A DNA stretch of 64,000 nucleotides, from positions 45,537 through 109,536 of the IMG/VR virus record IMGVR_UViG_3300045988_177049; one strand, given 5' to 3'. A program made the position numbers and the translations under genes. The notes under the pieces were generated by a model. It made no database searches. It was not told the DNA's origin and worked only from the letters and a program-made list of their open reading frames with translations. This document shows positions 9,849 to 20,100 of this stretch, piece by piece (positions within the stretch are counted from its first letter, which is position 1; each line of letters opens with the position of its first letter). The stretch is from a virus.

Positions 9849-10310
9849 ATGCGTATTCGAAACGGTATAGTTACCACGCTCCATGCGTACAGCACTGATA
9901 GTGAGTTCACTAACGTGCTTAAAGGTCGTTACATCACCAATGTGATCAACAATAACGTCATCGTCCTTGACAATGACGTGCATCTTCACATCCAAATTAA
10001 CACTTCCCATACGTTCATTCAGTACATCAACGTTTGGGGTAAGCCTGATGCACGCATCAGATCCGCTTACCTTGAACCTGATGATGAAACAACAGTGAGC
10101 CTTACTTCGTCTTCGCTCGAAACTCTACAGACGTACACATTATTCGTCGACATCAACGGTGTAGAATATCCAGTCTTCAAGATCGTTCAAAACAACGAAT
10201 TGTACACGCCGGATATCTTTACAATCACCGCTTATGCCAATCAAGACGTTTATGTGGAAGCATATGTGGATCGTTACTTACGCGGAGCACAATTTCCATA
10301 TCCTTCGTAA
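9849..10310 (+). CDS. hypothetical protein (153 aa), AT-rich, immediately downstream of the Panacea gene
   Basis: RBS aagagga precedes the ATG. No motif recognised. Its position is what a PanA-associated toxin would occupy. Confidence 0.4.
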   Translation: MRIRNGIVTTLHAYSTDSEFTNVLKGRYITNVINNNVIVLDNDVHLHIQINTSHTFIQYINVWGKPDARIRSAYLEPDDETTVSLTSSSLETLQTYTLFVDINGVEYPVFKIVQNNELYTPDIFTITAYANQDVYVEAYVDRYLRGAQFPYPS

Positions 10311-10342
10311 ACACTTTAATCACGAAAGGCTAAGAACACATC

Positions 10343-11098
10343 ATGTATAGTTCCAACATCGCTGCATGGGTTGTTAACACACTCACTGTAGCAATAGTAG
10401 TGGGAATAGCCGCACCCCTTCTCTCTATTTACACATATGGACCCCACAATTCTGGTCGCATCACACGTATCTGTATATATGTCATGTCCATTACCATCAT
10501 CGGTGCAACCGGCGTATACGGTTATTCCTATGCTCGCTTAGACATTGTGACAAACACTTTGATCACGCAAGATTCCAATAGACCTGTCCAAGTTGAATGG
10601 AACAATAATCTTGGACACGCCACGTATCATCCAACCGATGCTTTAGGTCGAGCAACCGGGGCGGGCGTACATTTCAACGCATGTACGCCTGTGCGAACCC
10701 AGCAAGATGAACCTGTGAATGCTGTTGGTTTGCCTCATAGCGATGAGTGGGTCAGCGCCCCTCTCATCTCATCCCAACTATGGGCTTCAACCAACGCATC
10801 GAACATCGTTCCAATGACAAAAGAGACCCAGAGTTCACTGTATAACGTCATTGAATACGATGCTCTCAAAAGATTCATGAGCAACGCAGGAGGAAATCAC
10901 CCTTTCCCACTGGATGTATGTGCTCATAAATCATTTGATTTCACATACACCATCATCCCGGTATATGAAGGTGACGAACTGATTCCGCGAGAGTTCATCA
11001 TCGACATGTTCGCATCAGATGGATATGCCAAGCACCTCGTTGTATCCAACGGTGTGCCCGGAAAAACCATTGACTATCGCACCGGAGCTATCAACTAG
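10343..11098 (+). CDS. membrane-anchored protein, divergent paralog of the EndA-like nuclease at 62137..62892 and apparently lacking the catalytic RGH motif
   Basis: N-terminal transmembrane helix. Shares TDALGRATGAG against LDSLGRPTCAYG, VYEGDELIPREF against NYNGNELIPRTV, and TIDYRTGAI against TIDYNTAEI with the other 251-aa protein. The two are the same length. Confidence 0.5.
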   Translation: MYSSNIAAWVVNTLTVAIVVGIAAPLLSIYTYGPHNSGRITRICIYVMSITIIGATGVYGYSYARLDIVTNTLITQDSNRPVQVEWNNNLGHATYHPTDALGRATGAGVHFNACTPVRTQQDEPVNAVGLPHSDEWVSAPLISSQLWASTNASNIVPMTKETQSSLYNVIEYDALKRFMSNAGGNHPFPLDVCAHKSFDFTYTIIPVYEGDELIPREFIIDMFASDGYAKHLVVSNGVPGKTIDYRTGAIN

Positions 11099-11133
11099 GC
11101 GCATTTCTACTATTCATCGAAAGGATATTCACC

Positions 11134-11835
11134 ATGGCTAACATTTCTTACGCAGAAGGTGTCATCATCTTCAAAGCACCCAACGAAGCAGCACTTGACG
11201 CGGTTGTCGAAGTCTTTAACACCGCCAGCCACTTCGGTTATGACACCACGTTCAACCCCGACGACATCCAAGTCTCATTAGGCGACAATGGTGACATTGT
11301 TGGTGTCGTGCCCTTCTACGGCTCAGGTCGCTGGACATACGCCACCAATGCTGAGCGTATGATCCCCTGGATCAACGAAAATCTCGACTCTATCGACAAG
11401 GACACTCTCGACGCTGTGACAAACGCCTGGTTCAACGTCACGCTCACCTGGCGCGAGTACGAGTTCGGCCAGAGCTTCGTGGCAAGTGGCTGCGCCTATT
11501 ACCACAAGCACGAGGGCCGAGATTTCGACACCACCACAACGGTTATTGGTGATGAGTCATCCGATGATCTCTCCGTTTCCTCAATGGAAGACTACGGCTT
11601 CGACGCCACGTTCTACACAGATTTCAGCCGCATGGGTATCGAGAACTTCATCAATTACTTCTCGTGGAACGACCCAGATGCAATCGGTGACCTAGCCGAT
11701 TACTCCATTGAGCAGCTCGCAGACGCCATGCGCGGTCACGAGCACGACGTGTTCGCTTCATTGGAGTACCTGAGCGAGGACGAAGAAGGTATCAAGGACT
11801 ACCGCGAGCGTATTCTCAGTCGAGTGCGCCAGTAA
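11134..11835 (+). CDS. hypothetical acidic protein (233 aa)
   Basis: RBS gaaaggat precedes the ATG. It follows the membrane nuclease-like gene. No motif recognised. Confidence 0.4.
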   Translation: MANISYAEGVIIFKAPNEAALDAVVEVFNTASHFGYDTTFNPDDIQVSLGDNGDIVGVVPFYGSGRWTYATNAERMIPWINENLDSIDKDTLDAVTNAWFNVTLTWREYEFGQSFVASGCAYYHKHEGRDFDTTTTVIGDESSDDLSVSSMEDYGFDATFYTDFSRMGIENFINYFSWNDPDAIGDLADYSIEQLADAMRGHEHDVFASLEYLSEDEEGIKDYRERILSRVRQ

Positions 11836-11850
11836 CCGCACCTATCACAC

Positions 11851-11896
11851 AAAAACAATACCCCGAGCACGGTCATGTGCCCGGGGTATTGTTTTT
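11851..11896. terminator. bidirectional rho-independent terminator between convergent genes
   Basis: The 15-bp arms aaaaacaataccccg and cggggtattgttttt form a perfect inverted repeat. A-tracts and T-tracts lie on both sides, so it works on either strand. Confidence 0.6.
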
Positions 11897-11907
11897 GCCG
11901 TATGACT

Positions 11908-12246
11908 CTATTCGTCTGCATCCTCACCGTGATCATCCGATGCGGTGAGCGAACGATTCAGTGTCAGTGACGCCGAAAACTTCAAAACGTCATAATCAGG
12001 CACTCGGCCCGAGCCTGACTTCGTAAACTGCACAGCATGACCATGCTTATGCAACCGATAAAAGCGCCCGAAACCTGTCAGCATGACAGAGCCACCTGAT
12101 CGAACGGTTTCAATAATCTCGTCAATGAGAGCGCCGTACACAGCTCGTACCGTCGCTATATCGACGTGCGTCCGATGAGAGACGCGATGCAAGAGCTTCG
12201 TCTTTGTCAGGCGACCATCCTCTCGATTCCTATGTGTCGAAACCAT
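11908..12246 (-). CDS. HU/IHF-family nucleoid-associated DNA-binding protein
   Basis: LTKTKLLHRVSHRTHVDIATVRAVYGALIDEIIETVRSGGSVMLTGFGRFY aligns with the HU pattern of an N-terminal helix plus the conserved GFGxF arm. Confidence 0.65.
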   Translation of the reverse strand: MVSTHRNREDGRLTKTKLLHRVSHRTHVDIATVRAVYGALIDEIIETVRSGGSVMLTGFGRFYRLHKHGHAVQFTKSGSGRVPDYDVLKFSASLTLNRSLTASDDHGEDADE

Positions 12247-12298
12247 AACTTACCCTCGTTTCAATCCTTCCGTTAAAACTAACGATTACATTCATACA

Positions 12299-12313
12299 CC
12301 AGTATAACATACA
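12299..12313 (-). promoter_or_regulatory. 15-nt motif tCATACACCAGTATA, identical to 17042..17056; its minus-strand reading TATACTGGTGTATGA contains a -10-like TATACT
   Basis: An exact 15/15 repeat lies in two intergenic regions, each upstream of a minus-strand gene. Here it is about 53 nt before the HU start. Confidence 0.3.
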
Positions 12314-12369
12314 GTAATAGCCCCATAAAGCTGTAAGCTCCGTGGGGCTATTACAGTGCGCTTCGAGCC

Positions 12370-12705
12370 TTAGAACCCGTAGGTAGGCGAATCCTGTGCT
12401 GCATCCATCTCAGGATCGACGTTGTGAGACTGAGTGCGCGTAACAGTCGTTGTCGTCGTCTCCGTTTTCTTACTCATCGTGCCGCGCTGCTCTTCGATGT
12501 AAGCAGCTCGCATCTGTGAGGTGATACCTGTCGCGCCAATGTTGTACATGGCCGAGGCTGCACGATTGAGCACCCCAAGCGACGGAGCACTTTGTCGCTG
12601 ACGCTCAAGACGCCTCTGTCGCTCTTGGTTCCATGCATCACGATCTTCTGGCTTCACGCCAAAAAGATCACCCATCAACCCATCATCTGTTGGAAAACCG
12701 AGCAT
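12370..12705 (-). CDS. hypothetical protein (111 aa)
   Basis: RBS aagggag precedes the start. It sits in the operon between the 553-aa protein and the HU gene. Confidence 0.4.
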   Translation of the reverse strand: MLGFPTDDGLMGDLFGVKPEDRDAWNQERQRRLERQRQSAPSLGVLNRAASAMYNIGATGITSQMRAAYIEEQRGTMSKKTETTTTTVTRTQSHNVDPEMDAAQDSPTYGF

Positions 12706-12754
12706 TGCTCGCTCCCTTCTCTTACGTTTCTTTCACTAACCACGTGTATCAATC

Positions 12755-14416
12755 TTAACCGAGTGACGGCTCATCACCATCCTCTCGTTTAAATTGATCG
12801 GACTCACCCATCTCGAACCCATCGTCAACATCATTGAGTTCGAAATCAGTCTCAGCCGTGAATGCCGACGTCTCATGCTCGTTGTACTCCTGGTTGTCAC
12901 GAGCACGGTTGTACGCATGACGACGGCGTTCCTTATCGCTCCTCATCCGCTCCGTGTGTGCATCTGCATGAGCGTTATCATGCCCTGGCGACTCGCGTGG
13001 ATCAGAGTAGAACTCACCCCGCTGCCACCTGTTGTAGGTTTCCTCGGGGCTTGCGGCGAAATCCCGCATCTCCGACCTCCACTGCGAACCATACTGTTGT
13101 GCCCAGTGGCGTTCGATATCAGGATGCGCCTTCGCGACCAATTCCATTGCATGGACGAACGACGTCGAATAGACATCACGCTGGAGATCTCGACCAAAAC
13201 CGTCAAACTCCATGGCTTCAAGCCCACGCTGAGCGCGACGAATCTTTTCACCCATTTGACCTGGGATCGCTTGGGTGTCGAGAGCCTTGTCTCGAACAAA
13301 CCATGCCGAGCCATACGCCATCAACGTCTCATTAAGATCGACAAGGTTACCGTTCAAAGCAGCACGTTCCATCTCACGAGCCATAGTCACGCTGAGCGAC
13401 ATCTCATGCTGCATATCCGACTGCGGGGGTCGCACGGTAAAGGCTCCACTGATAACAGACTCGCCCGCACGTGTCGACCACTTGCCCGACCATGTACGAC
13501 CCAGCTCACCTGTTCGCGGATCAATCTGCTCGGTCATATCCATATCGACCTCGCCATGGGCCGTCTCGACAAAGCGATAGGCCCACTCAGGCTCATACGC
13601 CATACGCTGACCGACGAACATGCGACTAAGCGCACTCACGCGGTCTACATCCAACCCATCGAGCCGAACATCGTCCCAGAAACGCTCCATGAGGCGGTCA
13701 TAGTTCTCTTGCACCTCAGCTGGATCGGCCCCAGGAGCGCGCATTTGCTCAAACGCTGCTTCACTCAGGCCAATATGGGTCAGCGCAGCACTCATCTCGT
13801 TAAACGGAAGACGGTCGCCTCGCTCACTCGCCTCGATACGCTCCAAGCGACGCTTGAGCGACCACGGCAGTTCCCCGCCGTGCTTCTCCTTATGCTCTTG
13901 GATGTCGCGGTTCACCTGCTCACGCTGGTGTTTCCGCCTGGCATTAGCCATGTCTTCAATCGCCATACGAGCATCGCGCGTGAACGACCCTACCTGCTGA
14001 CGAAAGTTCGGCGACAATAGCCACATCGTCACGCCCATACCGAGTGACTCAGCAACAGCTGACATCGATACGCCGTCTTTGAGAGGCACCAAGGCGCTGA
14101 GCACCATCATGGACGCATACGCCTTGTGCTTACCTTTCAGATCGTTGGCGCGAGAGGCGAGATCGGCCTTGCGCCTCTCCCCTTTCAGATTCACTTGCTT
14201 CAACGCGTGTAAATACCCATCAGCGTGGCTACGCATCTCACGGCGAAGCTGTTGTCCCCAGTCCAGACGTGGAACACCTTGAACAGGGGTAGGCTCAGGC
14301 TCCGGCTCAATCACCGGATCAATGACGATCGTCTCCGTCACGTTCTCGTCAACTGCTGGCTTGCGAGGTTCTCCGCCATAGCGGGGTGCTGGAAGCTCAC
14401 GGGGTGGCCGACTCAT
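12755..14416 (-). CDS. hypothetical protein (553 aa) with an acidic C-terminus containing TDFEL and DDGFEM
   Basis: Long ORF translationally coupled to the upstream gene, with 14 nt between its start and the preceding TAG. The C-terminal acidic FEL-like motifs are shared with three upstream proteins. Confidence 0.5.
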   Translation of the reverse strand: MSRPPRELPAPRYGGEPRKPAVDENVTETIVIDPVIEPEPEPTPVQGVPRLDWGQQLRREMRSHADGYLHALKQVNLKGERRKADLASRANDLKGKHKAYASMMVLSALVPLKDGVSMSAVAESLGMGVTMWLLSPNFRQQVGSFTRDARMAIEDMANARRKHQREQVNRDIQEHKEKHGGELPWSLKRRLERIEASERGDRLPFNEMSAALTHIGLSEAAFEQMRAPGADPAEVQENYDRLMERFWDDVRLDGLDVDRVSALSRMFVGQRMAYEPEWAYRFVETAHGEVDMDMTEQIDPRTGELGRTWSGKWSTRAGESVISGAFTVRPPQSDMQHEMSLSVTMAREMERAALNGNLVDLNETLMAYGSAWFVRDKALDTQAIPGQMGEKIRRAQRGLEAMEFDGFGRDLQRDVYSTSFVHAMELVAKAHPDIERHWAQQYGSQWRSEMRDFAASPEETYNRWQRGEFYSDPRESPGHDNAHADAHTERMRSDKERRRHAYNRARDNQEYNEHETSAFTAETDFELNDVDDGFEMGESDQFKREDGDEPSLG

Positions 14417-14430
14417 CTCATTCTCCTTTT

Positions 14431-15594
14431 CTACAGCTCGAAACTCGCCTCGTCCCGACGCGCCTGCTGTGGAGCAGGAGCACCCATGCGACGAGTAGTC
14501 GAAGGAACACGCGGAGCAGAGCCAACCTTTATGCTGCTCCCTGGCAGTGCAGCCTGAATCGTTCCTGAAGTCTTCTGAGACTCAGGTGACGGAGCAAGAG
14601 GTCGGCCATCTACATCGCGACCCATTGACGCCATCCATTGCTTGGCAACGTCACCCACACGCACAGGCTGACCTGGGCCGCGCTGAGCACGAACGCTTGC
14701 CGCTGGCACTGAAGCCTGGGCAGGCTGAGAACTCACATTTTCATGCTGGCTCTGCTGCATCTGAGCCATGTTCTGACGATAATATGCGCGTGCATTATTC
14801 AGATCATGGAGCTGCGCATAATCTTGCACCATCGTGTCTTTGCCATAAGGCCGAACATAGTCATGTTCAATCTTACTGATCTCCGCCATGGCTTCATCAT
14901 CGATGAGGATCCCGCTCCAGGCAGCTTCCATAGCAGCGCCATAGAGCTTGTCGCCCTGATCGTTTACGCACGGCTCTAACCATCCCGACCGCGTATAGTC
15001 GGCTTCATAGTACTGAATCTTTTCGCCAGTACGGATAGCTCCATCACGAAGCAAAGCATTAACATGTTCATCCCTCTGTGGCTCGTTCTTATTGATCACA
15101 GTCCTGACCTTATCGGCCAATGATCCTGTCCATTCGTGGGGATCAAGACCGTAGTACTGCTTAATTTCAGCCTCTGTAGGCTGAGGGAATCGCATATCGA
15201 GCCTGAGATCAGCGAGCTTTGCATCATCGACCTGATGAACCGCATAATACGTACGACCAAGAGACTCGGCACCAACAGGAAGGACATACTGATCATCGGC
15301 ATCTTGAATAGCGATCATGGTTGGATCATCAATGATGACACCACCCCATGTCGCCTGGGAGATCGCATCGCGCAACTCGTTATCCACACGACCTTCATAC
15401 TCGTCAAGCTCCATTTCCCGCTCAAAGGCTTTCACGCCATCTCGCAACAGAGCATTCGCATATACGTCTCGATCCGGCATGTCTTTACCGACAATCGCTG
15501 CCATAGTGCCATCGAGCGTGCTGGACCACTCGTATGGTTCAAGACCATAACGCTGCTTGATCTCATCGTTCGTGAGATCTCGATTCATCAACAT
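14431..15594 (-). CDS. internally repeated protein, paralog of 15776..16987, C-terminus ...RRDEASFEL
   Basis: Two ~120-aa internal repeats, EIKQRYGLEPYEW...NALLRDG and EIKQYYGLDPHEWTGSL...NALLRDG. RBS aaggag precedes the start. The C-terminal ~40 aa, LPGSSIKVGSAPRVPST...FEL, is shared with the paralog and with the RNAP-like protein. Confidence 0.55.
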   Translation of the reverse strand: MLMNRDLTNDEIKQRYGLEPYEWSSTLDGTMAAIVGKDMPDRDVYANALLRDGVKAFEREMELDEYEGRVDNELRDAISQATWGGVIIDDPTMIAIQDADDQYVLPVGAESLGRTYYAVHQVDDAKLADLRLDMRFPQPTEAEIKQYYGLDPHEWTGSLADKVRTVINKNEPQRDEHVNALLRDGAIRTGEKIQYYEADYTRSGWLEPCVNDQGDKLYGAAMEAAWSGILIDDEAMAEISKIEHDYVRPYGKDTMVQDYAQLHDLNNARAYYRQNMAQMQQSQHENVSSQPAQASVPAASVRAQRGPGQPVRVGDVAKQWMASMGRDVDGRPLAPSPESQKTSGTIQAALPGSSIKVGSAPRVPSTTRRMGAPAPQQARRDEASFEL

Positions 15595-15775
15595 AGTTGT
15601 CTCCTTTTCGGAAAATAGTACATGTCATCCACCTACTATTGTACCGTATAGACGGACTAATAACGAGACGAATCCCCTGAAAACTCACACAAAACGAGCA
15701 TAAAGAAGCAGGCCATGCTCAGCCCTTGATACAAGAGCATGAGCATGACCCGCTTGCGTGAGTCGCTACAGGACC

Positions 15776-16987
15776 TTACAGTTCAAAACCGCCATCGGCT
15801 TCATACGAATCCGACCTCTGTGGCGCTAACGTGTGAGACACAGACGTTGACCGTACACGAGGTGCCTGACGACCAACAGTGATACTGCTACCAGGAAGCA
15901 CTGCCGCAATAGACCCCTGACGGGAACCTTGAGATGGGGTGGACGAAGATACAGGTTGACCATCAGTGTCACGCCCCATTGAGCGCGTCCATTGCTCCAA
16001 AGCATTAGCGAGCCGAACCTGCTCTTTACCATGAGCACTTCCACCTGTGATTACCGAAAAATCAGCAATTTCCTGAGCCGCTTGTCTCGATAACCCAGGC
16101 TTCTTCTCAGCATGAGACGAAACAAGCGTTGGTGCAGTCTCACGATAATACTTTCGTGCATCATTAAGTTCACGCAACTCGTCATATTGGCGCGTCAACA
16201 ATTCAGGAGCATAGGGAGTCACGTAGTTATGCTCCACCCTCTTGATAGCGTTCATCGTTTCAGCATTGATCAAAATACCATTCTCTACGGCGTCCTTGAT
16301 TGAATCACGCAGATCATAACCATAGACACAAGCATCCGCTCCCATATCATTATATGTTGCGTTCTCGGCCTCAAGCTTCTCCATACCAATCTCGAAAACA
16401 GCCACCTGATCACGCAAGAAACAGTTGACCTGATGTTCCTTATTCGGTGCGTCCTTATTGATAATCGTCCTCACATCGACTGATGTACCCGTCCATTCAT
16501 CAGGTTCAAGACCATAAATCGTCTCGATATACCAATCTGAGGGCCTTTGGTACTGCTCACGCAAAGACTGACGGTAATAAATCTGCAAGGGCTTATTGTA
16601 ATAAACCTCTAAACAAGAACTGAGTAGCGATTCCCCATCACTATGAACCACGTATTCATTATCCACATCATTGATGAACAAATAAGTTTCATCGTTGATA
16701 GAAACACCATTTTCGACAACGCGAGACACAGCATCCCGGAATTCAACGTCATCAGTGAATTCTTCGCCTGGTTCCAACGGAGTGTGCATACTTCGCTTAA
16801 AAAAGTCTGCACTGTCATACAGCAACGCATTGACCTGATCTTCTCGTGCGAGGTCATTCTTATTGATAATCGCTATCACTCGATCAGAAAGCGAACCAGC
16901 CCACTCATGAGCCTCAAGACCATAACGACTCTTGACCTCATCCTGTGGAACTGTTGCCATCCACTCTGACATAACTGACACAGACAT
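15776..16987 (-). CDS. internally repeated protein, paralog of 14431..15594, C-terminus ...EADGGFEL
   Basis: It carries the same YGLExxEWxGS...INKN...VNALL repeat module twice. Start chosen at ATG 16987 after RBS gagagga; the ORF-track start is a TTG. Confidence 0.55.
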   Translation of the reverse strand: MSVSVMSEWMATVPQDEVKSRYGLEAHEWAGSLSDRVIAIINKNDLAREDQVNALLYDSADFFKRSMHTPLEPGEEFTDDVEFRDAVSRVVENGVSINDETYLFINDVDNEYVVHSDGESLLSSCLEVYYNKPLQIYYRQSLREQYQRPSDWYIETIYGLEPDEWTGTSVDVRTIINKDAPNKEHQVNCFLRDQVAVFEIGMEKLEAENATYNDMGADACVYGYDLRDSIKDAVENGILINAETMNAIKRVEHNYVTPYAPELLTRQYDELRELNDARKYYRETAPTLVSSHAEKKPGLSRQAAQEIADFSVITGGSAHGKEQVRLANALEQWTRSMGRDTDGQPVSSSTPSQGSRQGSIAAVLPGSSITVGRQAPRVRSTSVSHTLAPQRSDSYEADGGFEL

Positions 16988-17041
16988 GATACATATTTCC
17001 TCTCTCAAAGCGGGTTTTCAACTCATACACCAGTATATCGT

Positions 17042-17056
17042 ACTATCTCTGCCATA
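17042..17056 (-). promoter_or_regulatory. second copy of the 15-nt motif tCATACACCAGTATA, ~34 nt upstream of the gene starting at 16987
   Basis: Exact repeat of 12299..12313. A hairpin (ggaagcgggttg ... caacccgcttcc) lies just upstream at ~17085..17125, between the RNAP-like gene and this motif. Confidence 0.3.
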
Positions 17057-17131
17057 TTGAGATACACCGGCTCATAAAGAGGAAGCGGGTTGCTCCAATC
17101 ATGAAACAACCCGCTTCCCACGACTGATGAC

Positions 17132-20100
17132 TCACAGCTCGAAGCCATCGTCCTCACTCTCGACAGCAACAGGCGCTGGCACCCGGTACTGAGCTGTCGT
17201 ACTTCTGCTCACATGTGCCGTGCCCGTCTTCGAGCGAACAGGAACAGCCCATGACGTCGACTTGCGTCGTCCGATGGTTTCCTCTACCTCAACGCGAGCC
17301 ACAGTGTCGTCCATCGCGATGACAGGAGCCTCGACTTGCGTCTCCACATCAGCCTGGAGCACCTCTCGCACGCGAGCAGGAGCAAAGCTCTCGTTCCACT
17401 TTCCTTCGAACAAACCGGCTCGCTCATGAGCCAACGTCTGCATCGTCGTGAAATCCCCACCGTACGCCAGGCGATCCATCGGTGAGGCCAACTTTTCGAT
17501 GACCTTCTCATCTTCCAAGTTGAGCATGATGCCGTTGCTATCACTGAGAGCCGTGGCAACCTTCTCGATGTTCTCAGCGTTCACGGTAACGCCCAAACCG
17601 TCGTCACCATAGAACCGAGAGAACGCCTCAACCCACTGCTCCTTCGTCGCTTGAACCGGCTTGTGATCAGCATCCAGAACAGTGTTCCACACGCCATCGT
17701 TTCCCTGAGCGATCATCTGTCCGCGCCACAAACTTCGAGCAGGCCCCATGAGCAGCTCATAACGATGACGTGCATCTACCGGATCATGCTTGGCCTGCAA
17801 AATGCTCTGGGTCACCGGGTAGGTCAACTCCAAAACAGCTTTCAGTTCCTCGTTACGCAGCGCTCGAACGCCGCGCTGAGAGAAGGTTCCAGCAACCCCT
17901 GTACCAAACGATTTCACAGCCGTTGCGTACATGGTACCCTTCTGATCATCGCGCGTGACCTGAGTGGTCGTCAGATCCACATGTGTCTCAGGGTCATATC
18001 CGATGTACTTGGCGTAATCAAGCATCTTCTTGGGCGAACCCTTTGCTCCAGTCTCGATACATGCCTTCTCAACAGAAGCCATGTGCTCGTGAACCGACCC
18101 AAAGGAAAGCACAGCTTCACCATACTGATGACGCAGTGCATCGTGATACATCCGTGATGCAGCAGCGCTCACCTCACGGCTCGTCTCCAAGAACCGCTCA
18201 CGACTAGACTCACCTTCGACGAAATCGTAGTATGCGTTGTTTGCCATCTGGTGAACCTCAGCCATATCTTCCGCATAAAGCGAGTCATAGTGCTGAGACA
18301 CCTTCACGTCCAGCGCATCATGCATCGCCAGAGGGTAGCAACCCTCGTCATCCATGCCTTGACCCAAATCAAGGAGATTCGCCTCAACACTCAGCCTCTC
18401 CATGGCTTGCTCGTGAGCAGCCCCGTGACCCAGGTTGACGACTGCCACCGAGTCACCATCAAAGTCGCCATCGAAACACTTGACCATGTTCGGATTCACG
18501 CTCACACCCGTGAGACGCTCGTCAATGCTCACTCGCATGTAACGAACGCCCGCATCACGGAGCACGGGATCACGCCAGATCAAAGCGTAGTCACCATCAC
18601 GTAAGCGCAGTTTTTTCGCCAGCTCTGGACCAACACCAACTTGATCAATATCAAGCCTGGGGTCCCCTGTCCACACAGCGGTTGCCGAGCGTGGCAAACG
18701 AGAAGCCATCAAGCCTTCCTTGACGACGTTATGTTTACCCGTAAAACGGCGGCGCATGATGTCCTGGGCAATACCGTCGTAAGCCGTCTGTGCGCGGTGC
18801 ATAGCCTCAGCCATCGTTTGACGAGCATCGGCCAAGTCCTTACCCGTCAGCTCACCCGAGGCAGCGCGGTCAGCCGCGTGCTTGTAACGCAGCGCCCACT
18901 CACGGATCGTCAAATAGCGATACGTGTAGTCATGGACCGTTGACGACCCATCATCCAGGTCTTGACCCGAGCGCAAGTGCGAACTCAGCACCGGCACACG
19001 CCACGTGGTATCCGTTGCGTGTAGGGTGCGCTCCCCCGTTGGCATCGTCAATGGGAATGGAATCTCCATATCACCACCAGCGTCACCAATGAGCGCAGCA
19101 AAATCACTCCGAACCTTGCGCACGTCAAACGACCCGCGTTCGGTCACAGGAACCTCACCCATCTCGATGAGACGGCGCGCACCACCAACAGCAAGATCGT
19201 CATGGCCCTCACGCAGCGTCCCATCGGGTTCGATGTCAAGACCGCACACCAGAGCCATCTCACGAAGCTGAGCGAGAGCTTGCAGATTACCACCGTAGAT
19301 CTGCTCCAGCACCTTGTCGCATCCCTGAGACTGCAACGCCCAAGCAAGCTGAGACGAGGCTTTACGTCCCTGACCAGCACGAATAGCAGCGTCATCGTAT
19401 GCAGCAGTCTTTGCATCAACCGTCATATGGGTACCAATGAAGGACACCTGACCGATACCGTTTTCAACAACCTCGCCGTTTGGCAGGTACAACGGAGCGG
19501 TACTCTGCATCGCTTCACGAGCGCTACCACCGTTGAAACGAGACACCGCGCTAAAGGGTGCCATCACGACGTCCAGATCCGGGTTTTGCCTAAACAGATC
19601 CATCATGTCAGTCGATCCATACAGATCTTCGATCTCCGAAGACGTCAATGAGGCATCACGGTCAACAATGAGTGAAATGACACCCTTGTTGCCGTGCATG
19701 TCGGAAATCTTGTCGCCGACAATGAGATCACGCATCTCGCCATCGGTTCCACGAACGCGATATGTACGCGCGAAATCAGCCGAAACAACGATGGAGTCTT
19801 CCATCGTCCATCCACCAGCCGTCATAAACGCCGTGCCCACAGGCTTCGTCACAGACGAGGCATTCATGAGATTCGATGTTGTCATCTGTTGACGATCGAA
19901 AGGATCATAGCTCATGAACTCAGCTTGTTTCGTCAGCATGAGCGGAGCACGATCACCCTTGTCTGAGGGAACAATCGACCCATCGACGTTCACCTGAGCA
20001 CCAGAAACCAGATAACGAGTCACGCCTTGGTTGACACCGCTCGATGTCATGATCGGATCAAAGTAGCCATCGGCTTCCTCACTGAGCAACGACATATTAC

